64,000 bases of DNA from the NCBI RefSeq assembly GCF_035084215.1, contig NC_090339.1, positions 14,818,001 to 14,882,000 of the forward strand, written 5' to 3'. Under the pieces are notes generated by a model. It ran no database searches. It saw nothing but the letters and a program-made list of their open reading frames with translations, and was not told the DNA's origin. Position 1 is the first letter of the stretch, and the number at the start of each line of letters is the position of its first letter. Both the position numbers and the translations under genes were made by a program. Positions 36,935 to 49,829 of the stretch are shown here, piece after piece. Origin of the DNA: Heptranchias perlo. Lineage: Eukaryota.

Positions 36935-37445
36935 ATAATCATAGAATGGTTACAGCACGGAAGGAGGCCATTTGACCCATAGAATCTGTGCCAACTCTAT
37001 GCAAGAGCAATCCAGCTAGTCCCACTCCCCCGCCCTATCCCCGTAGCCCTGCAAATTTTTTCCTTTCAAGTACTTATCCAGTTCCCTTTTGAAGGCCATG
37101 ATTTAATCTGCCTCCTGCACCCACTCTGGCAGTGCACTCCAGATCCTAACCCACTCGCTGTGTAAAAAAGTTCTTCCTCATGTCACCTTTGGTTCTTTTG
37201 CCAATCACCATAAGACTATGTCCTCTGGTTCTTGACCCTTCTGCCAATGGGAACAGTTTCTCTCTATCTGGACCCCTCATGATTTTGAATACCTCTATCA
37301 AATCTCCTCTCAACCATTTCTGTTTCAAGAAGAGCCCCAGCCTCTCCTGTTTATTCATGTTAACTAAAGTCCCTCATCCCTGGTGGAATCATTGTCATAA
37401 AACTCTTCTGCACCCTCTCTAAGGCCTTCACATCTTTCCTAAAGT
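36935..37445 (-). mobile_element. CR1 3' fragment
   Basis: LRGDLIEVFKIMRG...KNFFTQRV; catagaatggttacagcac tail. Confidence 0.85.
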
Positions 37446-38699
37446 TTTAGCTTTCTTTTTTGAAGCCACATTGACCTTCTCCCTAGAGGTGAAGTGGCTG
37501 TTGAACTCTGAAAACACTGGAGTAATGCATTCTGTTCATGATAATCTGGACTTACAGTTCCTGTACCATTTTAACAACAAACATCAGTTTTATTTGCCTA
37601 AATTATACTGCTTATAAAACCAATTATAAAAACTCCACTTAGATAGTATTTTGACACCATGTTCCATACAAATACAGTTTAGGATATCTTCAAACTAATT
37701 TTTTTCCAAAAAATATAATTTTGATTTTACATCCTTCATGAACAAAGCATTTTAAACAGATCCTGCGGGCAATATGACTAATAGACAGGGCTAACCCCAA
37801 GTTGCTAAGTTGCCAACATTTATGCATGCTTTGTAGCATCATCCTAGGTTTACTGAATGATTGATCTAAATTAATTAGAAATTCTTAGAACTCCAAAACA
37901 ACAAAAAATAGAAGTTTTCATGACATGCACTTAATGTCAGTACCTACAATGATTTTTGGATACCTATTACCAGTTAATGAAACTATTACTTTATTATATA
38001 ATTAGTATTTCACTGCAACAGTCATCCCAAAGACCCTTACTCAAGGGATATATTTACTTATCTTCCAAGGCTCTTAAAATTTTTACCATAGTCTGCATGC
38101 AATCTCATCCATACTCCTTAGACCTGCCTTCAGAAGAGGAACAATGTTACACTCTGAGGCAGCCTACTTTCTTGAAGCAGTATGTTGTCCTTCACATTTC
38201 CTCCCTTTAGTTAATTGCCTTGGGACATTTTACAACATTAAAGGCACTGTATAAATGCACGTTGTTGTTGTTATAGTGGGGACCTGTTAATGGTACCTTA
38301 ACTATTTTTTCTAATATCGGCACAATTGAATAGGCACTGTGTAATGTTTATTTGATCTAATTTTCTTTCACTAATACCTTAACCTGGAATAAAGGCCCTA
38401 ATGTGGAAAGAAGGCAGGAGAGATTAGTGTTTATGGTGGTCCTTCATCCACAGAAAGGAAACGTCAGTGGTGAATAACCTTATTTAAAACAATGATCTGC
38501 ATCCTCCCCCAAACTCTTATTTAATAAGTATAGTGAATGCATTAAATCAAAATGTATCATTTTGGTGGGGGTGGAAATGGGGTCCAGGCATCATAACATT
38601 CATCAAGGAAAGGAAAGTATAATCATAGATCAAGCAACAAAAGAATCCATCCTGGAGGCATTTTAAATACTGCTGTACTGCATAATGAGAAAAAGTAGG

Positions 38700-38740
38700 A
38701 AAAAGTCAACACAACTGTCCGAAAAGACCGATTTATTTCT
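38700..38740 (-). terminator. Candidate polyadenylation site (AATAAA at 38732-38737 with a downstream GU/U-rich element)
   Basis: Minus strand ...aagAATAAAtcggtcttttcggacagttgtgttgactttt; four TGTAHATA motifs within the preceding 550 nt. Confidence 0.55.
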
Positions 38741-41009
38741 TAAACATGAAACAGTTTATGAAACATACTGTACATTATACATATATGTACAGTCTCAGGT
38801 TTGGTCAAATGACTCCATGCATGCAAAATGTAATACAAATTATTTACAAATAAGAGGCTCCATAAGAGAAAACATACATATTTGGGAAAGTTTAACAAGT
38901 GAATTCATGGTACACACAACTAAAATTACAGAAATATACAGAATTTTGTATTAAAACATTTTGAAAAAAAAAATGCATGAAATGACCTGTATGGAATAAT
39001 AGGACATCTACACTACATTTATTTACACATGATTTCTTGTATTGCAAAGAACAAATGTCCATGTCAAACTAGCTTTATACTTGTTTCGCTTTATAACTGC
39101 ATTAATGATATGCTGTCACCAAATTTTCAATTGCTCAGAACCTTTTTTCAGTTGCAGGTAACAAGTTTCCACCAGTATTCTCAATGAATAAAAATATGCT
39201 AATTACAAAAATGATTGTTTTTTTTTACAAATTTTGTTTGCAAACATGTTCCATATACACATTAAATTTCTATGTACATTGGACTACTAAAAGAATCATA
39301 GGGCATATGCTTCCCTGAAATTACAGTAGGGCAAACTGGCTAATGAGTCTGAAACTTTCTTAGAGAATGATATACAAAAAGGAAAGTTGAAACAACATGA
39401 AATATGCATTCTGAGTTCGATGTGGGATTTATAATCTGATCTTTGCACCTGATTGTGCAACATGCATTTCCCAGAACCCTAGAATTAGGTCAGTCACTTT
39501 GCCCCGTTTACCATATTGCCACATCTTCCCAGTTGAACCTTGCGTCTATACAATCATACTTGCGATTAAAACTATACCATTATCCATAACCGCAAATCTG
39601 AATATTGAAAATTTGGGAAAACCTTTTACAAGCAATAACATTTTTATTCTGTTTTGAAAGTTGGTGGTGTCCCATCTGAAAAAGATCTTTGAAGTAGGAC
39701 TAACAATTACAAAAAATTCTTAGCCTCTAACTTAACAGTACAGTACTATAAATCCAGTTTATTATTTGTGCAAAAATTTGTTCCCTAATTTTGAATGAAA
39801 TATTCACAAAAGTGCTCCAGGCTTGGAGAAATGTTTCTGGTAACATTAAAATGTTCACTATTCAAACTACGCTCCACTGATTTCACAACACCAGCTATCT
39901 ATACAGGAAAAATATGCTTGTAGATGCATGAAGTAGTACAAATAAAAATACATTATTAAATTAGACATCTGTCTGCAGTTATTTGGCAATCAACATTTCA
40001 AAAACATTAATACAAAACACATGCTATTTTTAATGTGATATAAATCTCACTCATAATTGGATTCCATTTAGACAGAACAAAGCCGTATGAATTATATACC
40101 TATCTGCTCCTGTTCCAAAATCTTTGAGGCTAAATATTCAGGGCTGGTGCTCTTGGATTCAACGCCCAATGTCCATAACCTGATTTATGTTAACAGTGGG
40201 GTATCTCATGGAATGTGAAAAGCTGTGCTGAAAAGGTATAAAGTGACTGAAGGTGTGTTGAATATATGCATTAAAGATGTTTTTTTTAAGCAAAGTAAGA
40301 GTTTTGACCCGAAGTCAACTTTCGTGGAAGGCGGAGAACCTAAATCTTTTAGCACACACATTTGGAGGGATAAAGACTAAAGGCAGGCCTGACTTGACTG
40401 TACACAGCTCTGTTCAGTCTCTCTGGGAGCTATGTTTAGCTCCATTTCAAATCTGAATTTGAAAATGCTGTTCTGTATTTCCTGTCCCAATAATATCCTT
40501 ATGTACTTCTCCTCCTTGCAGCAACTGTCTGAGATTCTCATCCAAAGAAATTCAGTAAAATAGAGATTAGTTTGAAAACAGAAATTTCTAAATACAAGGC
40601 TCAAGTTGTGCATTTATAACCAAGAATCTGCATCCCCATAAAATGTTAATCTGCAATGGTCTATCTGAAGTAAATTTAATAATTTGTAACATTTCTACTG
40701 TAAATGTAAGCAATATGTGCTGCAGTATATTCTGAAGTGTAATGAAATTCCAAAACAAAACTTAAATAAATTAATGATTTATATTTTCTGAACTGAGCAA
40801 AACGACATTAAACAAAACCTTATACTAAAATTTATGTAAACAATATCATACACCAAATTAAATAGATGGAAATAAACTTGTTAAGCTAGAATACCAATTC
40901 CAAGGCACAAATTAAAAACTATACAATTAAAATTTATAAACTATTTCTTTGATACAATGTGCCAGCGTCAAAACTTATATGCTGTATTCATCTCTATTTT
41001 CACAGAATA

Positions 41010-41147
41010 TTGTAAACAATTTCACAACATCAAGTTATAGTCCAACAAATTTATTTTAAATTAAAATAAATTTGTTGGACTATAACTTGGTGTTGTGAAA
41101 TTGTTTACAATTGTCAACCCCAGTCCATCACCGGCATCTCCACATCA
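41010..41147. mobile_element. 138-bp hairpin derivative of the 27130-29638 PLE family: 50-bp inverted arms plus tail; 11-12-bp TSD TTCACAGAATA(T)
   Basis: Arms 41010-41059 and 41061-41110 (49/50 complementary); tail 41111-41147 matches 29604-29638; TSD at 40999-41010 and 41148-41159. Confidence 0.93.
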
Positions 41148-43377
41148 TTCACAGAATATAGTATCCTTTTTTGTTGGTGCACCGAAATAAAACCTGAACA
41201 CGATAGTCATCAAATACATTTCATAATTCGCAACCACGTTACATTTGGTTGCATCAAGGAGTCAGTTTACATGCAATAAAGTGTTTAGCATTTATTTTAG
41301 TATAACTGACACTGGCTAAATTGTCAACAGAAGTTGGAGGGAATTAATTCTAGTTTTTAGGGCCTAAGCAAATCCCATCAGAATCAATTTAGATACATTA
41401 TGAATCAACTGGTGGCTGAGGAAACACCCGTCAAAACATACCTATTAGCCAGCATAAACAGCTGTAACATTCTTTTAAGAACAGAAGTATAGACAAACTG
41501 TACGTTTTCATTAGTATCAAACCAATTGAATTGGGGTTACTACAGTTAAATTTAATGCCATTTTGAAACCACACAGGAGTCAGATTATCAGGCACTTTCG
41601 TAGTGAACAGCCGTAAAAATGACCACATGCTCAAATTAATGTTTTTCCAAAATGTGTGCCAGTTACTCTAACTTTGCAAATCACATCAGAGTACTGCTGA
41701 TATGGCAGTTTAGAATGCAATCTGTTATCATTACTAAGCTACTGCAACTTTGCAGCATATTTTTCTGACACACAGAAATTAAGCACTACGTCAAGAAATG
41801 TTCAAGCATTCCAATGATTGTTATAATGAAAGTAGAGTTCAAAGATGTTGACTGGCATAATCTGACGTATTTGCATTTAGTCTACAATTTCAACAACGTG
41901 GTCTTTATCAACTCATACTGCTGGCAGGTCCAAGGAAATCCTAGTCTCCCTGGGTTAAATGGTTCTGTATGTTTTCAACTAATACAATAATAAGGCGGCA
42001 TCCATATCAGGAATAACTACTTCCTAATCTTAGTAATACAATTAATAAAAACAAACATATCCAAAAATAAAAAATGGAAACTCTTGCCTCACCGTCCCTT
42101 TTTTCCTTTTTTTAAATAAAATGTTACTTTTGTTTTACTTAATCTAGCCTATCTTTTCTAATCATTTTTTTTTTAATTTAAAAAAAATTACATTTTAATC
42201 TTTTAATTTTCCTGTTTTTTTTCATGTTCTAGCACTGACCCTGGATTTGGCAGGCAGAAAAAAGGTGTTTTTTTTAAAAAAGGTTCATCATTGGTTGACA
42301 ACTGGCTTTAAAAAGGAGAAAAGGATTTCCAGGGCTCTTGCTCCCAATCACAATAGGAATCATGTATGAGTGGATATCACACGAGATTGGGCTTTGATCT
42401 AACCAGATGTCAACGGTTTAGGCTGACAAAATGAATGGCTACTTTGTCAAGAGACCGTTGAGGTAATGATTGTTTCCTCCATAACAGTATTCTAGCAGAA
42501 TTATTACTTTAAGACTTATGAGACAAAGGGGAGAAATTTGGTTGTGGGGAGCAACAAAATGCACCAGGAGGGCAGAGATGGAAGGGAAAGAGTGGGTTAG
42601 ACACTAGAATCTGGATGCTAATACAACCCTATCCTATTGGAATAAATTATGTTTGTAAATCATATACAAAAATCAGTGAGCAAACTCAACTCAATTCCTA
42701 GTGGACACAAAAGAAAAGCTACTAATTCAGTGTTAATTAATAATTTCACGAGCGAGGTCACAATTGGCCAGTTTGGGAAATGGAAATTGAGCGCTTGCCT
42801 GAAGTTGAAGGCCACTAATGATGCCACAGTTATAGCGCAAATGCAGCATAAATCCAGAGTCAGGGTCCAACCTCACACCCGAGCAACACAGAATGGAGGA
42901 GGGAGTTTCACTTTGGAGTCGAGTCAGGCACTAGCTCTGAATTTCGTACTAACACTAAACTTTCAGGGTAAATGCACCCAAACAGCAACTTTAGACACCA
43001 TCGCTGGTTGCTCAAAAAAGGTAACTGTTCCATTTTCCATCGTTAGCATACCTTAACTTTGACGAGATAAAAATTCAACACTCAAATGTTTTAAAAATGA
43101 CTCATTTTTGGTGCCGGAGGGAGAGAATGTGAAATTTATGCTTCCATGGTGCTAAACATTTCAATCATCAATTGTGTTGCGTGCTCATCGGACTGATCTT
43201 ATAAAAAGTTTTCAAAAGTATTTATTAGAACTGGGACAGCATTTTTTTTCTACTGGCTATCCATTTCCTCCTCATAACCTCTTCTCAGCTTATTTTAAAG
43301 AAAGCATTTACAGATACCTTCCTATTAAAACACTACAAACTAAAGACTACTATGGACTTACCCGTTGCCATCATTAT

Positions 43378-43975
43378 TAATATTGGAAATCCACCTGCTT
43401 TAAGAAATTTATAAATTAGAATATTGCTGGACAGTGTTAGATTATTAACTGTTGGTATCACAGTCATTCTATGACTATAGTTCAAGTCGCAGACTACCAA
43501 AACATGGTAAAGCTCCTAAAGGGACACTGCACATGTCATTTTACAACTTACAGATTTCTTTGTTACTCTGATTAGGCAAGTACAGATAAATGTCTAGTTT
43601 TCAGATTGTTGACATTTTCCACACACAGGTACAAGACACATTATTCTTGTGCAGTGTTACAACGATATGTCAAGTATAATGGGTTCATACTGAATTGCTC
43701 AGAAGTCCCACAGCTGGGAATTTCCTCAGTGATTCTGGTTGACTGCCGTAACTTTGGTGGAAGATCGGCAGAAACCCTGAACTTTACACAGAAACAGGAA
43801 ATTGCTGTCATCTTTTTGAAATGTCCTTTAGGAGCTTTATCCCGTTTTGGCAGTCCTCGAGTTGAACTATATTCATAGAATGACTGTAATATCAACAATT
43901 GGCAATCGGACAGTGTTATTGCAATATTCTAATTTATGAACTTCCTGAGAAAGCAGGCAGTTTTCCAACATCAAC
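43378..43975. mobile_element. Old fold-back/MITE-like element with ~150-bp diverged terminal inverted repeats
   Basis: ...cagtcattctatgactatagttcaa...aaagctcctaaagggaca is the inverse of tgtcctttaggagcttta...ttgaactatattcatagaatgactg; ataaattagaatattgc / gcaatattctaatttat. Confidence 0.7.
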
Positions 43976-45470
43976 CCCAGATAGAGGCATAAACATAGCT
44001 TCTGCCAAAGTTATGGCAGACAATTGGGAGCGATGATTCAAAATGTAATCCAATTGGAGGGGGCCGAGAAAATCACAGAGCAAGTACCACCTTCAACAGT
44101 TCCTAATCATGAGAAATAATCTTCCACCAAATCACAATGGATAAAAACCCTAATCCATTATCCAGCCCCTAGTTCTTTGTGGCAGAGACAGTCTTTAGTG
44201 TAAGCTGCAACTGCACAGCAAACAAAACAACCTGCCAAAAATTCAACAAAACGTCTGAACAATTACCAAGACCGGAGCTGTTTGGCAAAAAAAAACTTTT
44301 CAATCTAAAGAATGATTTTCTTAAAAAGAAGGATGCTTTCCAACAGATTTCTACAACAATAAACCTGTGGTTTTATAATCTTCTCCGTTTCCAATGGCTA
44401 GACCAAAAATAGATTGCCCTGGTTTTCAGCAGAGACACTTGGGCCTGTGCCCGCCAGACTGTTTGTTTCTTCTATTAATTTTAAAACAAAATGCCTGATG
44501 CACTCACCCATTTCAGTACTCGGTACTAAAAGTGTGCACAAGTGGCAAATGTGTGCGTTACTACTTAACATGTAATTTCAAAATAAAATTTTAGATCCAA
44601 ATTTCCACTTAGACTAAATCACCTCCACTATAGTTATAAATACATGTTACAAGTACTAAGCAAGAAAATGGGATTGTGTAAATCAGTCTCAAGAGAGGAT
44701 GAAACTTTACTAAATCCCACGCAGGACAAGGCAGTCTGCTTGACCGGAACCCCCGCCAATGAACACAATATTCACCCCCTGCACGTCGTGTTTGCAGTTA
44801 TGTACTATCTATAGAATGCATTGCTGCAATTCTCCAAGCTCATCTTGACAGTAGCTCTAAGCTCCATGACCTCCACTGCAATATCATGGAAACACCATTA
44901 CCTTCAAGTCTCACACCATCTTCACTTGGGTATATCGCCACTCCTTCATTGTCTCTATGTCAATATCATGGAATTCCCTACCAGGCATTCTCACTGCAAG
45001 GACTACAGCAGTTCAAGGATTAAGTCCAACACCCCCACCTTTTCCGGACAATTTGGGATGGGCAATAAATGCAGCCTTGCCAGTGTCACCTACATCCTGA
45101 ACAAATGTGGAAAAACCAATTTGGAAAACACCCTGTGCTGTATTTGTGTTTTAATACTGTGAATATTAAACAAGCTCCTGAATTATCCTAAAAAATTATT
45201 TTACTTTGAATAGTCAATTGTTTAACTATTTTACAACAGCTTCTGCAAGTTTATATATTACAGGGAGAGGAAAATAGAAAGTACTTTCCTTCTGGGGAAA
45301 ATAATTCAAATCTGCCTACAGTTCTAAAATAGAAAAATGCAACAATAGTTTAACTTCTCCATTGCTGGTAATCTGAAGAACAATTTACCAAGCAATTTAG
45401 TAAAAGATCCTTTCCAGTTTCTAACATTTAACAGAACATTTAGTTTCAAACTTGAAACTATATTTAATAA

Positions 45471-45487
45471 GGGCGACATCTAGCGGT
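45471..45487 (-). promoter_or_regulatory. Candidate CTCF motif
   Basis: Minus strand CCGCTAGATGTCGCCC fits the CCnCnAGRKGKCGC core; two CpGs retained in AT-rich unique sequence. Confidence 0.35.
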
Positions 45488-48400
45488 TATTTGCATTCCT
45501 CAGATGGAATGTGAATGTGCAAAACTGCTTTCAGTTTCTTCTTCCAGATTAACACCTATTGGTCAAGCACTCAGTACCAATCCAGGTATAAATTTATGAA
45601 ATTCATAACATGTCCCTGCATGTTTCTGTTTTGACTGCTGGCACAAGTCATCTCAGGGCTATGTAGTAGGATTAGCCAATACTCTCAAAAATTGCATAGG
45701 GCACTGGACAAAACCTAGAAGGAACCTAGAGCCAAGACTGGTTGGATTGACAGTAGGCAACAGTATAGTTAGAGGGATAGACACTGTTCTCTGCAGCCAA
45801 GAGCAAGAGTCCCAAAGGCTGTGTTGTTGACCCGGTGCCAGGGTTAAGGACATCTCCTCAGAGCTGGAGAGAAACTTGGGAGTGGGAGGGGGAGGATCCA
45901 GTTGTCGTGGTCCACGTAGGTACCAACAACATAGGTAGGACTAAGAAAGAGGTTCTGCTGAGGGAGTTTGAACAGTTAGGGACTAAATTAAAAAGCAGAA
46001 CCACAAAGGTAATAATCTCCGGATTATTACCTGAGCCACGAGCAAATTGCGCAGGGTAAATCAGATCAGAAAGATGAATGTGTGGCTCAAAGATTGGTGT
46101 GGGAGAAGTGGGTTTTGATTCATGGGGCACTGACACCAGTACTGGGGAAAGAGGGAGCTGTTCCGTTGGGACAGGCTTCACGTAAACCATGCTGAGACCA
46201 GTGTTCTGGCAAATGGAATAACTAGGGCGGTAGAGAACGCGGAGGGGGGGGGGGGGGGGCTCAGGTGGGGCGAAGTTTAGATTGATAAAGAGAAAAGACA
46301 AGGAAGTAGTACAGGAAAGCGATGGGGGTAATGATAAATAGTGTGTGTTAGGAAGGGACAGAGCGTACAAACATAAGAGTGCACTCACAAATGGGGCCGG
46401 GATAGGAGAGAATGGTAAAAAGACAAAATTAAAGGTTCATCATCTGAACACGCGCTGCATTCGTAATAAGATAGATGAATTGACGGCACAAATAGAAACA
46501 AATGGGTATGATCTCATGGCCATTACAGAGACGTGGTTACAGGTGACCAAGGTTGGGAGCTAAATATTCTGGGTTATTTAACATTTCGGAAGGATAGGAA
46601 AAAAGGTAAAGGTGGTGGGGTAGCTCTGTTAATAAAGGATGAAATTGGTATAATAGTGAGAAATGATCTTGGCTCAGAAGATCAAGATGTCGAATCAATT
46701 TGGGTGGAGGTAAGAAATAACAAGGGAAAGAAATCACTGGTGGGAGTAGTACATAGGCATCCAAACAGTAGCTGCACTATAGGGCAAAATATAAATCAGG
46801 AAATAAGGGGGGCTTGTAAAAAATATAATGCAATAATCATGGGCGATTTTAACTTTCACATAGATTGGACAAATCAAATTGGCAAAAATAGCCCTGAGGA
46901 GGAGTTCATAGAGTGTACTAGGGACTGTTTCTTAGGCCAATACGTCGGGGAACCAAGTAGGGAACAGGCCATTTTGGATCTGGTAATGGGTAACGAAACA
47001 GGATTAATTAATGATCTCAAAGTAAAGGATCCCTTGGGAAGCAGTGATCATAACATGATAGAATTTCACATCCAGTTTGAGAGCGAGGATCTTGGGTCTG
47101 AAACTATTGTATTAAACTTAAATAAGGGCAATTATAAAGGAATGAGGGCTGAATTGGCTAAAGTGGACTGGGTAAACAGATTAGATGATATGATGGTGGA
47201 TAAGCAGTGGCAAACATTTAAAAAGATATTTTATGACTCGCAACAAAAATATATCCCTGTGAGGAGGAAAGATTCCACAAAAAGGGTGAACCAACCATGG
47301 CTAACTAAGGAAGTCAAGGATGGCATCAGGTTAAAAGAAAAAGCATAAAACATGGCAAAGATTATTGGTAAGCCCGAAGATTGGGAAAACTTTAAAAACA
47401 AGCAAAGGATGACTAAAAGAATAATGAGGGAGAAAATAAATTGAGAGTAAACTAGCAAGAAATATAAAAACTGACAGTAAAAGCTTCTACAAGTATATAA
47501 AAAGGAAGAGGGTAGCTAAAGTAAACATTGGTCCCTTCGAGGATGAGACTGGGGAAATAATAATGGAAAACAAGGAAATGACAGAGGAATTGAACAGATA
47601 TTCTGTATCTGTCTTCACAGTAGAAGACACTAATAATATACCAATAGTAGTAGAAAATCAAGGGGCAATGGGGAGGGAGGAACTAAAAACAATCACTATC
47701 ACTAGAGAAAAAGTACTAGGTAAACTAATGGGCCTAAAGGCTAACAAGTCCCCTGGACCTGATGGCTTGCATCCAAGGGTCTTAAAAAGGAAGTAGCAAC
47801 AGAGATAGTGGGTGCATTGGTTGTAATCTTCCAGAATTCACTAGATTCTGGAAAGGTCCCAGCGGATTGGAAAACCACAAACGTAACACCCCTATTCAAG
47901 AAGGGAGTAAGACAGAAAGCAGGTAACTATAGACCAGTTAGCCTAACATCTGTCATTGGGAAAATGCTAGAATCCATTATTAAGGAAGTAGTAGCAGGAC
48001 ATTTAGAGACTCATAAAACCATGTTGACTCTCCTTGATTGTATTATGAAGGGGAAATCATGTCTGACAAATTTATTAGAGTTCTTTGAAGAAGTAATGGG
48101 CAGAGTGGATAAAGGGGAACCAATGGATGCAGTATATTTGGATTTCCAAAAGGCATTCGATAAGGTGCCACATAAAAGACTACTGCACAGGATAAGAGCT
48201 CATGGTGTTAGGGGTAATACACTGGCATGGATAGAGGATTGGCTAACTAACAGAAAACAAAGAGTCAGGATAAAAGGGTCATTTTCAAAATGTCAATCTG
48301 TAACTAGTGGGGTGCCGCAGGGATCAGTGCTGGGGCCTCAACTATTTACAATATATATATGTATCAAGTGTCTTGTGGCCAAATTTGCTGATGATACAAA

Positions 48401-48609
48401 GATAGGTGGAAAAGCAAGTTGCGATGAGGTCACAAAAGGCCCGATATTAGGAGGGAGGTGGGTTGCCAGCAGGTGGTCGACTGGGCGCGTGGGTAACGAG
48501 CCCAGTGAAATCGGTGTGCTCCGCATGAAATCGCAGCCTAATTGAAGTTACTTATGCGTGCTTCCGGGTTTCCCGTTGCAGACCTGCGCTGCAGGCGCAC
48601 CTGCAACAG

Positions 48610-48845
48610 GCTGTCAGCCCAGAGGCAAGGCTGCTCCAAGGTTCTCAGACTCCTCACTCAGGTGCTGCTCGATAGGGTCAGGAGGAGGGAAACGTTTTTC
48701 CCAGCGGATGGGAGGAAGTGGCCTGCCTCTGCCACCAAGAAGGTCTGGCTCGAAGCAGCAGAGGAGGTCAGCAGCAGCAGTAACATCTCCCGAACTTGGG
48801 TCCAGTGCAGGAAGCGCTTTAATGACCTAACCAGGTCAGCCAAAA
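48610..48845 (+). pseudogene. Harbinger Myb/SANT-like DNA-binding gene, first exon (frameshifted)
   Basis: APRFSDSSL / QVLLDRVRRR..FFPADG...KKVWLEAAEEV...RTWVQCRKRFNDLTR. Confidence 0.85.
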
Positions 48846-49829
48846 TTAGTATAATTACGCATTCTCCCACACTCCGTCTTCCACATCACCTCCACCAACA
48901 CACAACTCCCTCTGCACTGCCACCACAACATTCTCGCATCACTCCTCACATCCACTCAACCATCATCCTCACCTTGCCTACACTTACTCACCGCCCCAGT
49001 TCCTATTCGAACACTACCACGCAACTCAATCCTCATACAATCTCATGACTATGTCTCACACACACCCTCCCATGCATCTCCCTCACGCTCACCCCCACCC
49101 ACACCAATGCGTGCAGCGGGTCACTATGCAACCATCACTCAATCACGCCTCTGTGTTTTGCCTTGATAGGAGAAGCGATGCCAGAAGGCCCAGGAAAGGG
49201 ATGATGGCGAAAGGGGACATGGATGTTGGGACGCCACTCAAAGCACTTCCACCTCTCAACCAGTATCCGCAATGCTGCCTCCTCTCCAGGTGTTCGAGTC
49301 TGCCCCTGCACAGGTGCAGGTGGAGCAGTCTTTGGAGGGGGTCCTCACGGGCACCGAAACCCAGAAGGCGTCGGCCCAAAGCATCTAATCGGTCAGGGCA
49401 TGAACAAGAGCAACCTGCCACTACCTCTGCTCCAGCCACAGGGGAGGCACCACGTAGGAGTAGTAGGAAACGTAAGCCAAAGGTTTTGTGAGCACAAAGG
49501 GGATGCACAAGGGTGTTTGACGATTTGTCATGTTTTTTTTTTAATTTATATTTGTTTTCTTTCACATTCACAATAAATCTGATTATCACGTCTTGCCCAT
49601 TCTTGACTGGCTTGTGCAATGAGCCCCTTTCATGAGGTTCACCACGAAGACGCACACTTGATGCCACCCATTGGGTCATTCTACAGTGGGTGTAGGTATA
49701 GTTGCACCACTGTTTTGTGCAGGGGGCGGGGGAGGGGGCTGGTGTGGCTGCTCCTCTGTCCTAGTGATGAGGACTGGACTCTTCTCACTGTAATGTTAGG
49801 AGAACCGTTCACATATCAGTGACATCCTG

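Noticed and set aside
40377-40613. 78-aa minus-strand ORF as an LRCH transmembrane-type last exon
   Set aside because: Lacks the LCS..DIL motif, a transmembrane helix and a convincing acceptor.
46243-46259. Poly-G run as a G-quadruplex element
   Set aside because: It is an expansion of a G-rich CR1 inter-ORF stretch.
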